NCBI RefSeq assembly: GCF_000315625.1
Contig: NW_005434638.1
Span: forward strand, 123,692 to 187,691
Length of the DNA: 64,000 nt
From: Guillardia theta CCMP2712
Taxonomy: Eukaryota; Protista; Cryptophyta
Direction of reading: 5' to 3'
The notes beneath the pieces are model-generated. The model was not told where the DNA came from. It saw only the letters and a list, made by a program, of their open reading frames with translations, and made no database searches. Positions within the stretch are counted from its first letter, which is position 1; every line of letters starts with the position of its first letter. This document shows, one piece after another, positions 39,117 to 52,000 of this stretch. Made by a program: the position numbers and the translations under genes.

Positions 39117-42066
39117 ATGAAGGGCGACATTCAGGTTGCGAACGACACTGTCATCAGTTCTTCAGCGGATACAAGTTTCAAGAGAAAAGAGAAGGTTGAA
39201 GGGGCATCGGAAACACGAGACAACCAAATCGAAAGTTTGATTTCGGGAGCGCTAGATTCTAGTCATAATACAACAGCCATATCAGGTCAGGACACAATCA
39301 TAAACACCAGCGAGGACGTCGCAGAATCTGTCTCTGTGTTGCAAGGTCTGGGTGTGACCAAGCATGACTCAGACGGTAATTCGGAAACATCTTTCTTGAC
39401 CAATGATTACTGGCAGTCGATGCAGACACCCTTGGCCTCTCATGCTGTCGGTGCGACTCTGGCACACGAGTTGTCGTTCGAAGGGAATGAAGCAGCTCTG
39501 CATCACATCATCAGCAACCATCCCTTCCTCATCGAGTCAAAGACCATCGACGGCGAAACTCCTGCACATCACGCAGCTGCAGGCGGTCAGTCTCGAGTCT
39601 TGTACCTTCTAGCCAATCTGAGCAAAACAATCCTGCTCGAACCTGACTATGACGGTTGGACTCCGGCGCACATGGCGGCATTTTATGAGCAACCAGACAC
39701 GATCTCAGTCTTGAAAATTCTTGCACCCGAGTCATTCCTGTTAAAGGACAAGAAGGGGAGATTGCCCGTCGATCTCACCAGCAACAAGCATTGTCTGAGT
39801 CTGATGAAGGATTCAATCGTCGAAGCTGACAACTTGAAGATATCTGCTGCTGACCCCACCTCAACTACTGCTGAGGTCGACCCGGCTGTGGAGGAAGCCG
39901 CCTCTAAGGCCGTTGCTGAGGTCGCTCCTGCTACAGAGGAGGCTGCTACCGAGGCTGTTGAAACCACCGCTGCTACCGAGGCTGTTGAAGCCACCGCTGC
40001 TACCGAGGACCCCGGACCTGAAGACGCCGCTTATAAGGCTGCTCAAGCTTCGGAGGAAGAGAGCCCAGCAGAAGAGGTCGCCGCATCTGTGGCTGTCGTC
40101 GAGGTCGCGCCTGCTGATCAGACCGCGCCTCCTGCTGTCGAGAAGGCCGCGCCTGCTGCTGCTGCCGTCGAAGAAATGGCCGCTCCTGCTGATTCTCCTG
40201 CGGAGGAGGAAGCCGTCCCTGCTCCTGCCGTCGAAAAGGCGGCCTCTGCTGCGGCGGCGGAGCAGGTGCATACTGCTCCTGCTTCCGAGGAGGCAGCTCC
40301 AGCTGCTGCTGCCGTCGAGGAAGTGGCCGACCCGGCCGCTGTCGAGAAGGCCGTCCCTCTACCTGCTGAGCAGGCCCCTGCTCCTGCTCTTGCAAGTGAT
40401 GAGTCCCCTGCTGCTGCCGTCGAGGAGGCCGCTCTTGCTCCTGCTACTATCGAAGAGCAGTTGGCTCCTGTTACTGCAGAAGAAGCTTCTCCAGCCGCTG
40501 TTCAGGATGCTGCTCATGGTGCTGCTGCTGTCGAGGAGGCTGCTCCTGCCTCTGCCGTCGGGGAGGCTGCTCCAGCCGCTCCTGCTCCTGTTGCTGTCGA
40601 GGAGGAGGCTTCCGCCTCCCCCGCCGCCGCCGCCATCGAGGAGGCAGCAGCAGCAGCTCCTTCCGTAGAGGAGGCTGCTCATGCTGCTGCTGTCGAGGAG
40701 GAGGCTACCCCTGCTCATGGTGCTATCGAGGATGCTCCTGCTGCTGCTGTTGTTGAGGAGGAGGCCACGCCTGTTGCTGCTGCTGTCGAGGAGGCTGCGC
40801 TTGCTCCTCCTGCTGCTATCCAAGAGGAGGCTGCCGCTGCAGCTACCGCTCCCGTCGAAGAGGCTCCTCCTGCCCCTGCAGCTATTCAAGAGGAAGCCGC
40901 GCTTGATGCTGCTCCTGCTGTAGAGGAGGCTGCTCCTGCTGCTGCCGCCGCCGCCGCCGCCGTCGACGAGCAGGCTGCTCCTGCTGCTGCCATCGAGGAG
41001 GCTCCTGTGGCTGCCTTCGGGGAGGCTGCGCCTGCTCCTGCTCCTGCTGCTGCCGCTGCCGTCGAGGAGGCTGCTCCTGCTGCTACTGCTGCGGAGGCTG
41101 CGCCTGCTGCTGCCGCTGCCGTCGAAGAGGCTGCGCCTGCTCCTGCTCCTGCTGCTGCTGCTGCTGCTGCTGCCGTCGAGGAGGCTTCGCCTGCGCCTGC
41201 TGCTGCCGTCGAGGAGGCTGCTCCTGCTGCTGCGCCTGCCGCTGCCGCTGCGGTTGAGGAGGCTGCTCCTGCTCCTGCTGCTGCTGCTGCTGCCGCCGTC
41301 GAGGAGGCTGCTCCTGCTCCTGCTCCTGCTGCTGCTGCCGCCGTCGAGGAGGCTGCTCCTGCTCCTGCTGCTGCCGTCGAAGAGGCTGCGCCTGCTCCTG
41401 CTCCTGCTCCTGTCGCTGCCGTCGAGGAGGAGGCTGCTCCTGCGCCTGCCGCTGCCGCTGCCGTCGAGGCGGAGACTGCTCCAGCTCCTGCTGCCGCTGC
41501 CGTCGAAGAGGCTGCGCCTGCTGCTGCCGCTGCCGTCGAGGCGGAGGCTGCTCCTGCTTCTGCCGTTGCCGTCGAAGAGACTTCGCCTGCTCCTGCTGCT
41601 GCCGCTGCCGTCGAGGAGGCTGCTCCTGCTCCTGCCGTCGAGGCGGAGACTGCACCAGCTGCTCCTGCTTGTACCGTCGAAGAGGCTGCACCTGCGCCTG
41701 CTGCTGCCGTCGAGGAGGCTGCTCCTGCTCCTGCTCCTGCTGCTGCCGCCGCCGTCGAAGAGGCTGCTCCTGCGCCTGCCGCTGCCGTTGAGGAGACTTC
41801 GCCTGCTGCTGCTGCTGCTGCTGCTATCGAGGAGGCTGCTCCTGCTCCTGCTCCTGCCGTCGAGGCGGAGACTGCACCAGCTGCTCCTGTCGCTGCCGTC
41901 GTGGAGGCTGCGCCTGCTCCTGCTCCTGCTGCTGCCGCTGCCGTCGAAGAGGCTGCTCCTGCTCCTGCGCCTGCCGCCGCCGTCGAGGAGGCTGCTCCTG
42001 CTGCTGCTGCCGCCGTCGAGGAGACTGCTGCTGCTCCTGCTGCTGCTGCTGCTGCTGCTATCGAGG

Positions 42067-42097
<31 letters not shown>

Positions 42098-45000
42098 CGT
42101 CGAGGAGGCTCCTTCTGCTGCTGCTGCTGCCGTCGAGGAGGCTGCTCCTGCTCCTGCCGCTGCCGTTGAGGAGGCTGCTCCTGCGCCAGCCGCTGCCGTC
42201 GAGGAGGAGGCTGCTCCTGCGCCTGCTGCTGCCGTCGAGGCGGAGACTGCACCAGCTGCTCCTGTCGCTGCCGTCGAGGAGGCTGCTCCTGCTTCTGCTG
42301 CTGCCGTCGAGGAGGCTGCTCCTGCTCCTGCCGCTGCCGCTGCCGCTGCCGTCGAGGAGGCTGCTCCTGCGCCTGCCGCTGCCGCTGCCGCTGCCGTCGA
42401 GGAGGCTGCTCCTGCGCCTGCCGCTGCCATCGAGGAGGCTGCTCCTGCGCCTGCCGCTGTCGTCGAGGAGGCTGCGCCTGCTCCTGCTCCTGCCGCTGCT
42501 ATCGAGGAGGCTGCTCCTGCGCCTGCCGCTACCGTTGAGGCGGAGACTGCTCCAGCTGCTCCTGCTTGTACCGTCGACACTGCTGCGGTTGAGGAGGCTG
42601 CTCCTGCTGCTGCCGCTGCCGTCGAGGCGGAGGCTGCTCCAGCTGCTCCTGCCTGTGCCGTCCAAGAGGCTGCTTCTTCGCCTGCTGCTGCCGTCGAGGA
42701 GGCTGCGCCTGCGACAGCTGCTGCCGTCGAGGAGGCTGCTCCAGAGCCTGCCTCGGCCGTCCAGGAGGCTGCTCCAGAGCCTGCCGTTGCCGCTGCCGTC
42801 GACGACGAGGCTGCTGCTGCTGCTGCCGTCGAGGAGGCTCCTGTCGCTGCCGTCGTCGAGGAGGCTGCTGCTCCCGCTGCTATCGAGGAGGCTGCTCCTG
42901 CTGCTGCTCCTGCCGTCGAGGCGGAGGCTGCTCCAGCTGCTCCTGCCTGTGCCATCGAGGAGGCTGCGCCTACTCCTGCGCCTGCCGATGCCACTGCCGT
43001 CGAGGAGGCTGCTCCTGCTCCTGCCGCTGCTGTCGAGGAGGCTGCTCCTGCTCCTGCCGCTGCTGTCGAGGAGGCTGCTCCTGCTCCTGCCGCTGCTGTC
43101 GAGGAGGCTGCTCCAGCGCCTGCTGCTGCTGCCGCCGTCGTCGAGGAGGCTGCGCCTGCTGCTCCCGTCGAAGAGGCTCCTGTCGCTGCCGTCGAGGAGG
43201 CTCCTGCTGCTCCCGCTGCTATCGAGGAGGCTGCTCCAGCGCCTACCTGTGCCGTCGAGGAGGCTGCTCCTGCTGTTGCCGCTGCTGTCGAGGAGGCTGC
43301 TCCTGCTCCTGCCGCTGCCACTGCGGTTGAGGAGGCTGCTCCTGCTCCTGCCGCTGCTGCCGTCGAGGAGGCTTTGCCTGCTGCCGCTGCCACTGCGGTT
43401 GAGGAGGCTGCTTTAGCGCCTGCTACCGCTGCTGCGGTTGAGGAGGCTGCTTTAGCGCCTGCCGCTGCCGCCGCCGTCGAGGAGGCTGCTCCTGCTGTTG
43501 CCGCTGCCGTCGAAGAGGCTGCTCCTGCTGCCGTCGAGGCGGAGGCTGCTCCTGCTGCCGTCGAGGAGGCTGCTCCTGCTGCTGCCGCGGCCGTCGAGGA
43601 GGCTGCGCCTGCTCCTGCTCCTGCCGCTGCTGTCGAGGAGGCTGCTCCTGCGCCTGCTGCTGCCGCCGTCGTCGAGGAGGCTGCTCCTGCTGCTGCCGTC
43701 GAGGAGGCTGCTCCTGCTGCCGTCGAGGAGGCTCCTGCTGCTTCCGCTGCTATCGAGGAGGCTGCTCCAGCGCCTACCTGTGCCGTCGAGGAGGCTGCTC
43801 CTGCTCCTGCCGCTGCCACTGCGGTTGAGGAGGCTGCTCCTGCGTCTGCCGCTGCTGCCGTCGAGGAGGCTGTGCCTGTTGCCGCCGTCGTCGAGGAGGC
43901 TTTGCCTGCTGCCGCTGCTGCGGTTGAGGAGGCTGCTTTAGCGCCTGCTACCGCTGCTGCGGTTGAGGAGGCTGCTCCTGCTCCTGCCGCTGCCGCCGTC
44001 GAGGAGGCTGCTCCTGCTGTTGCCACTGCCGTCGAGGAGGCTGCTGCACCGCCTGCCGCTGCCACTACTGTCGAGGAGGCTGCTGCACCGCCTGCCGCCG
44101 CGGTTGAGGAGGCTAGTCCAGCGCCTGTTGCTGCCGTCGTCGAGGAGGCTGCTCCTGCTGCTGCCGCCGTCGTCGAGGAGGAGGCTGCTCCTGCTGTTGC
44201 CGCTGCCGTCGAAGAGGCTGCTCCTGCTGCCGTCGAGGCGGAGGCTGCTCCTGCTGCCGTCGAGGAGGCTGCTCCTGCTGCTGCCGCGGCCGTCGAGGAG
44301 GCTGCGCCTGCTCCTGCTCCTGCCGCTGCTGTCGAGGAGGCTGCTCCTGCGCCTGCTGCTGCCGCCGTCGTCGAAGAGGCTGCTCCTGCTGCCGTCGAGG
44401 AGGCTCCTGCTGCTCCCGCTGCTATCGAGGAGGCTGCTCCTGCTGTTGCCGCTGCTGTCGAGGAGGCTGCTCCTGCTCCTGCCGCTGCCACTGCGGTTGA
44501 GGAGGCTGCTCCTGCGTCTGCCGCTGCTGCCGTCGAGGAGGCTGTGCCTGTTGCCGCCGTCGTCGAGGAGGCTTTGCCTGCTGCCGCTGCCACTGCGGTT
44601 GAGGAGGCTGCTTTAGCGCCTGCTACCGCTGCTGCGGTTGAGGAGGCTGCTTTAGCGCCTGCCGCTGCCGCCGTCGAGGAGGCTGCTCCTGCTGTTGCCA
44701 CTGCCGTCGAGGAGGCTGCTGCACCGCCTGCCGCCGCGGTTGAGGAGGCTAGTCCAGCGCCTGTTGCTGCCGTCGTCGAGGAGGCTGCTCCTGCTGTTGC
44801 CACTACTGTCGAGGAGGCTGCTCCTGCGCCTGCTGCTGCCGCCGTCGTCGAGGAGGAGGCTGCTCCTGCTGCCGTCAGGGAGGCTGCTCCAGCTCCTGCT
44901 CCTGCTGCCGTCAAGGAGGCTGCTCCTGCTGTTGCCACTGCCGTCGAGGAGGCTGAGCCTGCTCCTGCTGCTGCCGCTGCCGTCGAGGAGGCTGCGCCTG

Positions 45001-46589
45001 CTCCTGCGCCTGTTGCTGCCGCTGCCGTCGTCGAGGAGGCTGCTCCTGCTGCTCCCGCTGCTATCGAGGAGGCTGCTCCTGCACCTGCCGCTGCCGTCGA
45101 GGAGGCTGCTCCTGCTGCCGCTACCGTCGAAGAGGCTACCCCATCCGCTGCCATCGAGGAGGCTGCTCCTGTTACCGTTGTCAAGGCGGAGGCTACACCT
45201 GCTGCTGCCGTCGAGGAAGCCGCCGCCGCCGCTGTCGAGGTGGAGGCTGCTCCAGCTCCAGCGCCAGCTGTTGAGGCGGAGACTGCTCTAGCTCCTGCCA
45301 ATGCCGTCGAGGAGGCTGCTCCTGCTGCTGCCGTGGAGGAGGCTGCACCTGCTGCTGCTATCGAGGAGGAGGCTCCTGCTCCTGCTGTCCAGGCGGAGGC
45401 TGCACCTGCTGCTGCCGTCGAGGCGGAGGCTCCTGCTGTCGAGCAGGTTTCCACATCCGCTGCTGCCATCCAAGAGGAGGCGGCGTCTTCTGCTGCTGTC
45501 GAGGAGGAGGCTACCCCTGCTGCTGTCGAGGAGGAGGCTACCCCTGCTGCTGCTGTCGAGGAGGCTACCACTGATGTTGCAGCAGATCTGTTGCTGCTGG
45601 AGGCAGGGACACAAACGGAAGCGATTGACATGCAAGTAGCTCCCGAGGAGGCCGCCAAGGTCGCTCCCACTAGAGAAGAAATCGACACCTCTGACGCTGC
45701 CGTCGAGACTACCGCTGACACTCCTCCTGCTGCTGCTGCCGCCGCCGTCGAGGAGACCCCGCCTGCTACTGTTGCCGCTGTCGACGAGGCTGCTGCTCCT
45801 GCTGAGATGGCAGCGGCGGAGGAGGCTGCTCCTGCCGCCCCCGCCGTCGAGGAGGCCCCGCCTGCTTCTGCTGCCGTTGAGGAGGAGGCGGCCATTGATG
45901 AACCCGCTGTCGAGAGCCCTCAGTCGGTGGAGGAAGCGGTTCAAACTGATGAAACCGTGCTTGAAGCAGCAACACAAACCGGGTCCTGTGACGTCACAGA
46001 TCCTTCCGAAGCCGTGCCCGCAGCTCCTGCTGCTGCTCCTGCCATCGAGGAGGAGGCCGCGCCTGCTGCTGCTCTTACTGCCGCTGTTCAGGAGGAGGAG
46101 TCTGCTGCTGCTGTTCAGGAGGAGGAGTCTGCTGTTACTGCTGCTATTGAAGAGGAAGAGGCCCCTGCGTCTACTGCCGAGGAGGAGGCCGCGTCTGATG
46201 CTGCTGCTGCTGCCGTGGAGGAAGCCACGCCTGCTGCTGCCGCCGCCGCCGCCGTTCAGGAGGCTGCGCCTGCCCCCCCCGCCGCCGCTGCTAATGCCGT
46301 CGAGGAAGCCGCGCCGGCTGCTGCGGTAGTGGAAGAAGAGGCCCCGCTTGCTGCTGCTATTCAGGCACAAGTCCCTGCTGCCGCTGTCGAGGAGGAGGCC
46401 GCGCCTGCTGCTCCTGCTAACGTCGATGAAAATGCCATTTCTGCCCCTCTGGAGGAAGAGGCTGCTGCTGCTGCTGCTGCGGCGGCGGCGGCGGCGGCGG
46501 CGGTGGAGAAGGAGGCCGCACCTACTTCTGCTCCTGCTGCCGTCGAGGAGGCCGCGCCGGCTGCTGCTGCTGTCAGGGAGGAAGAAGCG

Positions 46590-46621
<32 letters not shown>

Positions 46622-47264
46622 CGTTGAAGAAGCCGCGCCGGCTGCTGATGTTGATGAGGAGGCCGCGCCTGCTGCTCCTGCTGCCGTCGATGAAGATGCC
46701 ATTTCTGCCCCTCTGGAGGAAGTGGCGGCGGCGGCGGCGGCGGCGGAGGAGGAGGAGGCCGCACCTACTTCTGCTGCTGCAGCGGAGAGGGAGGATGCTG
46801 CGCCTGCTACGTCAGAAGAAGAAAAGACGGAAGGAGGGTTGTTGAGTCAGCAGGTCGTCTCGGGGGAGGCTGAGGCTGGGGTTGAGTCCGTCCTGCGCTC
46901 GCTGCTTGTGTCGCTGCGGTCAGCTCTTGAAGTCTCTTCGCTGCGAGAGGCCGTCGAGTCCCACATGGCAGAAGTTTACAAAGTCTTTCCCAGAGGCGAC
47001 TCGCAGACGCTTCAGAGTCAGCTGGATGAGGTTTCTCAGCTCAAGTTCGAGCTCAGGCTATGCTTCTTTCTCTGCTGCCTCGGAATTCTCTTCTCAAACC
47101 TCATCAGCTTCCGGCATGACTTTGCTCAGATCGCGTGGAGATTTGCAGTCACCTGGTTCCAGATGTTGTTTGCACTTTGGGCCTTCGCCATGCTGCATCG
47201 AAGTGTGTTCTCACGATATGGGCGGAGAAGTCCGACCAAGAAGAAGGACGAGAAGAGACAATAG
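39117..47264 (+). CDS. Giant (~2,715 aa) protein: N-terminal ankyrin repeats, ~2,300-aa Ala/Glu/Pro/Val repeat stalk, C-terminal hydrophobic (likely TM) segments
   Basis: Uninterrupted ORF with ankyrins DGETPAHHAAAGGQ and DGWTPAHMAAFY, many VEEAAPAPAAA-type units, and C-terminal LCFFLCCLGILFSNLI and FAVTWFQMLFALWAFAML followed by a basic tail. An upstream exon near 38800-39000 is possible. Confidence 0.8.
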
Positions 47265-47268
47265 ACAA

Positions 47269-47440
47269 GTTCAAGTTCATGGATCAGGTTTAATGATTAG
47301 TCGTTGAGGTTGTAATAAAAGAATATTCCGTCATGTGACATGTTTGCTGTAGCTCGTGTCGTCTCTTCATAAGAATCCTCCCCAAAAACGACAAGAAGGG
47401 ACTACAAAGCAGACGGCGGACCGCAACAACCCCAGCAGCA
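47269..47440 (+). repeat. 172-bp direct repeat, copy 1
   Basis: GTTCAAGTTCATGGATC...CCCCAGCAGCA, identical by eye to 53701-53872. Confidence 0.92.
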
Positions 47441-47547
47441 AGCCACGCCTGCTGCTGCTGGTGTTCAGGAGGAAGCCACACCTGCTGTTGCCGCCGCCGC
47501 CGCTGTTCAGGAGGCTGCTCCTGCTGCTGCCGCCGCTGCTGCTGCTG

Positions 47548-48270
47548 GCAATCCTGGATCCCATAGGTGGATTTGTAGCTCCCGTAGATGGAGGGCTTGC
47601 AGCTCAAGGTGTCTATCCCACTGAAATAGGTCTTCCCGTAAGGTCCATAAGAGTTCAGAGGGCAGAAATGGCACTCACTCCCGTCCAGTAGGTTTGTCCT
47701 CAACATCATTCCCTCAAAATCATACTTGGGCCTGCAGACACACTGGGTTGCATCCTGCAGGAGCTGGGTCCAGGCATTTGGCAGGCAAAGGAAGCAGGGC
47801 CCATCCCCAGGGAGCTGCTTGAAGAACCTTTCCCCACACTTTGGTCTCACAGGTCTTCTGTGTCACTCCAGCGACAACCTGCGTCATTCTCCACTCACAG
47901 CCGGGGCTGCAGACACAGCTGTCAGAGCTTGTGCTGGCCTTGTTCCTTGTGGTAGTGTTCCCATAGCACCTGATACACTCGCTGGCCCCATAGGTAGACT
48001 TCCAGTAGCCATGGGAACAGGGTTTGCACTCACCATTGACCAGACCATAACCCGGCAGGCAGTCGCAGTCACTCAGGTTAGTCCCTTTGTCGAGCAGTAT
48101 CGTGCTCCCATCAGGGTGAGCAGGCCTCTGAGCCGTAGGGAGGCTTGTAGGTTCCTAGGCCACAGGCAGTGCAGGGGAGATCGCCAATCTCGGCCTTGTT
48201 GGAATGAACGTCGCACAGATCACAGGGCCCGCCCAAAGCGCCGTCGTATCCAAGCTCACACGTAAAAGGA
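47548..48270 (-). pseudogene. Degenerate fragment of a Cys-rich (GCC2/GCC3, ephrin-receptor-like) repeat surface protein
   Basis: CTACGLGTYK...GSEAC, CLPGYGLVNGECKPCSHGYWKSTYGASEC and FKQLPGDGPCFLC repeats, interrupted by in-frame stops and frame changes; truncated at both ends. Confidence 0.7.
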
Positions 48271-49055
48271 TAGCTGAACACCCTGCAAAAGTAGGTATGA
48301 TAAAAAGATTGCCCTGGCAAGTTCATCCTCAATATGCCCTTATCGGTAAGTATAGCATTTCCAAGACTCTCAAAAGTCTGTGAGAATTTGCTATAATAAG
48401 AACTAACGAAGCCTTGCGTCGAATAGTAATAGATGTTGATCTGTCCACCCTATAATCGAACGATCACTGCTTGCCCGGCATGCTCCCGGGCGCGGGCCGG
48501 CGCTGATGGTCGGCAGACGGAGCGAGGTCGAGCTCCTTGCTGCGTGTGCTGACCGGCGAGGGGGAGAGCGGCGAGGCCAGGCTATGGCTCTCGTCTGAGC
48601 ACAGGTCGCTGTCGGTGTTGAGGACGAGGAGGGCATGGAAGTCATCCTGATGGCGGCGATGTCTTGAAGGCTATGGCTGTGGTGCAGGATCATGGTGCTA
48701 GCGGTAGGGAGGAAGGGTACTGTTCTTGCTCGTTGACGGTCTGTCGCTGCTGTATGATCGGATATGATGAATGATTCACGCCGAATGATCCTGGTCCAAG
48801 CTGTGTGTTAGCGGGTATGGCGATTTGGAAACCGTGCGAAGCCTCAGAGATTCGATGGCGCAGGTCGTTCGGGAACATTTACTGGTTGGATCTTTCTATG
48901 AAATGAACAAACGGAGGGCAAAGAACAGTAAATGTTAGCACGCAATGTGACTGTGAACAAACCCAAATATTTGTTTACCCTGCCAAGAGCAAACAATACA
49001 CAGAGAGCGTTGATCGAGACAAGCTATCAATCAAACTACTTGTTGGAATCAGTAA

Positions 49056-52000
49056 TCAACAAACATCGAGCAAGACATCAGTGTCGTGCTGTTCTCTGCT
49101 CATCTCCTCCTTGCTCGCTGCTGGTATCATGTCCTCTTCAGAGCAGATCCAGTACGTCACCATAGGGCCCTTCCCCTTGACCTGAATACTTCCTCTCCGA
49201 CGAACGCAGACTCGCTGTTCGAAGGATTGCTGTTGCTCTTGGATCAAGTTTGCAGTCCTCTGCGAATCATCCTCAATACTGTGGTAGGCAGAGCAAGCAT
49301 TGGATAAAGAGAAGGATGGCAACAAGAGAATGGGTTTGTAAAGGATCAAGAGTCTTTGTGCAAGTGCAAGATGATTGTTGCTGTATGCACCCCACCGAAC
49401 AAGCAATGTAAATCAACATCAGCATCCATCATTCGTCATCATCTGCTTCAACTTCATAGAAATTGTCCACCACAAGTTCAGCATGAGCACATGGACACAG
49501 TCGTGGCAGCGGCAATATCAACATCTGTTTCGTCACATCATCATGTCCACCATCTCTGCTCCTACCTCAGTGCACTGGATTCTTTGCGGGAGAGAGTTCG
49601 ATTCCATCCTGGAAGCGATGTTCACTGTGTCGCCTGAACAAGAGTCAAGTGACCAACGAGGTTTACAGATCCATATGGACCCATCCTCCTGTTCCTAGTC
49701 TCTCCTCCTCCTCCTCTTCCCCGCCTTCTTCCTTACCGAACAACGTGTACTTCGGCCTGGAGGTTCCAATGACACTGGCTACTACAGGCCCCGAGTTGAT
49801 ACCGACTCGGAGCTTCACACACCCCAACGACTCCTGCTCCTCGTCCACCAGCGTTGCACCAGCCACTTCCAACGCCTTCATAGCAAAGAAGGCGAGACGA
49901 GCAGCATGGTCGTGCTGCTCCGAGGCGAGGTTAGAGACGCACATGTACGCGTCGCCAATGGTCTCGATCTTGAAGATGTTGAGTTCGCAGGCAAGGCGAT
50001 CCAGCGCTGTGTAGAGGCGATCGAGCATGTGGGAGACTTTCTCTACTTCGATCTTGGAGCAGATGTCCGTGAAGCCGACGATGTCAGAGAAGTAGATGGA
50101 TACCATGTCTTTCTTCTCCGGCTCGATTTTCTTCCCGTCTCTCAGGGCGTTGGCAATGTGGGTGGGGAATACGTCGTAGATAAGATCCGAGGCTTTCCTT
50201 TCACACTCCATTTCCACTCCTTGGTTTCCTCCCTCGCCTTCTCCACCCCTGCTTCGCTTCCACCGTTCGCATGCCAACCTTGTCTTGCATGAGAAAGATG
50301 CTGAAACCGTATCCACGGCTCGGAGCCTCCGGTCAATCTCAGCGAGAGAGGGACGGAGATCTGTCTCCTTGTTCCAGCAGTCTCTAATCAATCCCTTGAC
50401 ATCGGCCGGGCAGCATTCGGCGATAACAGGACGCTTCATCTCTGTTCGCTGCAGGTTCATCACTTCGACCATGACAGCCTTGAGATCTTCGCCCTGATAT
50501 GGTTCCTCCCTGCTGAAAACTTCGTTGAGAATGATGCCGAACGAGTAGATGTCTGACTGTGGCGAATTGTTTCCACCGTGTAGAAGCTCTGGTGCCATCC
50601 AGGCAATGGTTCCTGTTCCTTCCGATGCTTCCTCCCAAAAGCTTACGCGTTTGACAAGTGAGAGACCAAAGTCTGCAACCTGCAGGACAAATCAGTACGG
50701 GGCAGAGGAAGGAGAAGCGAGGGGTCGAAGATCATTGGGGTAACACGCAGATCGCATTCACCATTCCAAGAATCCCTCTTTCTCCCATCATTGACATCTC
50801 TTCTCCCCGCTCAAGTGGTGATGCGATAACCAACGTCAGCTCACCTTTGCTCTGAGATTAGAGTCCACCAGTACGTTCTTGCTCTTCAGGTCGCCGTGGA
50901 TAACCTGTGGCTTTGAAGAGTGAAGGAAGCGAACTCCCTGGACGACATCGAGGAGCATCCAGACAAACATGTCAACCTCGAGCAACAATGTCTGGTTGTG
51001 AATGAGAGAATGCAAGGAGCCAAGTTCCATCAACTCCAACACTATGAGGGGGTCCATCTTAGAGTCAATCACGGCGCCCATGATCGTGATAATGCAAGGA
51101 TGTCTCAGTCTTGATAGGATCCGCATCTCCTTGACCAAGTTTTTCCTGATCTCATATCTCTTGGACAAGGATCGGCCGGACTCCCTCGAGTTTGTCAGAG
51201 AAGCGTTAGCATCCTGCTTTGCACTAACAATCTCCATAGATCCTGATCGTAAGGACGATCCTGTTCCTCCCGCTCCTTTCATTCTTCTCGCAACCACTCG
51301 CTTGACTGCTACAGGAGTCCCTCTGAAGTTAGCTCTTATCACCTCACCGTAGGTTCCCTGCCCGAGAATCTCGTCTGTCTCCTCGAGCTCGATCTCATTC
51401 GCAGAGACAAGCCACACAGAGTCTGCTTCTGCGGCTTTGCGCAGCACGTAGCAGTACCCTACTCCTGCGCAGATGAGCATGACTGGAATGATGATGACAA
51501 GAAGGAGGAGGATTGTATTGATATATTTCTTGCAGACGTTTGCAGGATTCTTTCCTCCCCGTGGCCAATGGATCGTGGAGGGAGAGCTGCCGTTGATAGT
51601 GTACGAGTCAAACATAGTCAAGGTGTGGCTGATGATTTTCCCTACTTTCTTCGATGCAGTTCCTTGTATGTTGATAATGTCATACCTGGCAAAAGATTAG
51701 CTCGTCATTAGAAGCGATTCCAGGACATCTACAAGAAATGAAAAGACTGCTCAACCAATGTTGCAATTCAAAGAGTATCGAAAAGAAAAACAAGACATTT
51801 CTATGCCACCTGCCGTTTGGACTCTCCAAGTTCGCATCTAGCTGAACTCTTCCTGACGCTCCAATGAAGTCGACGGACCGAAGGGAGTGAATGAGATCGG
51901 AAATGTTGCCGAGATCGCCACCTCTACCTAACATGTCCTCCAAAGCCAACGCATACGTGTACAAGGCATCGTGCGACATGGAAAGGAATGGGTCATACTC

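Noticed and set aside
40886-45895. 1,669-aa antisense Ala/Gly/Ser ORF (silk- or antifreeze-like) and other long alternative-frame ORFs
   Set aside because: Shadow of the GCT/GCC/GAG/CCT repeat, which lacks stops in several frames. Only the plus frame connects to ankyrin and TM domains.
39900-46800. CRISPR-like repeat-spacer array
   Set aside because: The units are degenerate coding repeats without unique spacers; the context is eukaryotic and no cas genes are present.
48340-48900. Short GC-rich ORF-like segment inside the inserted block
   Set aside because: No frame gives a recognisable protein; probably another captured fragment, but it cannot be assigned.
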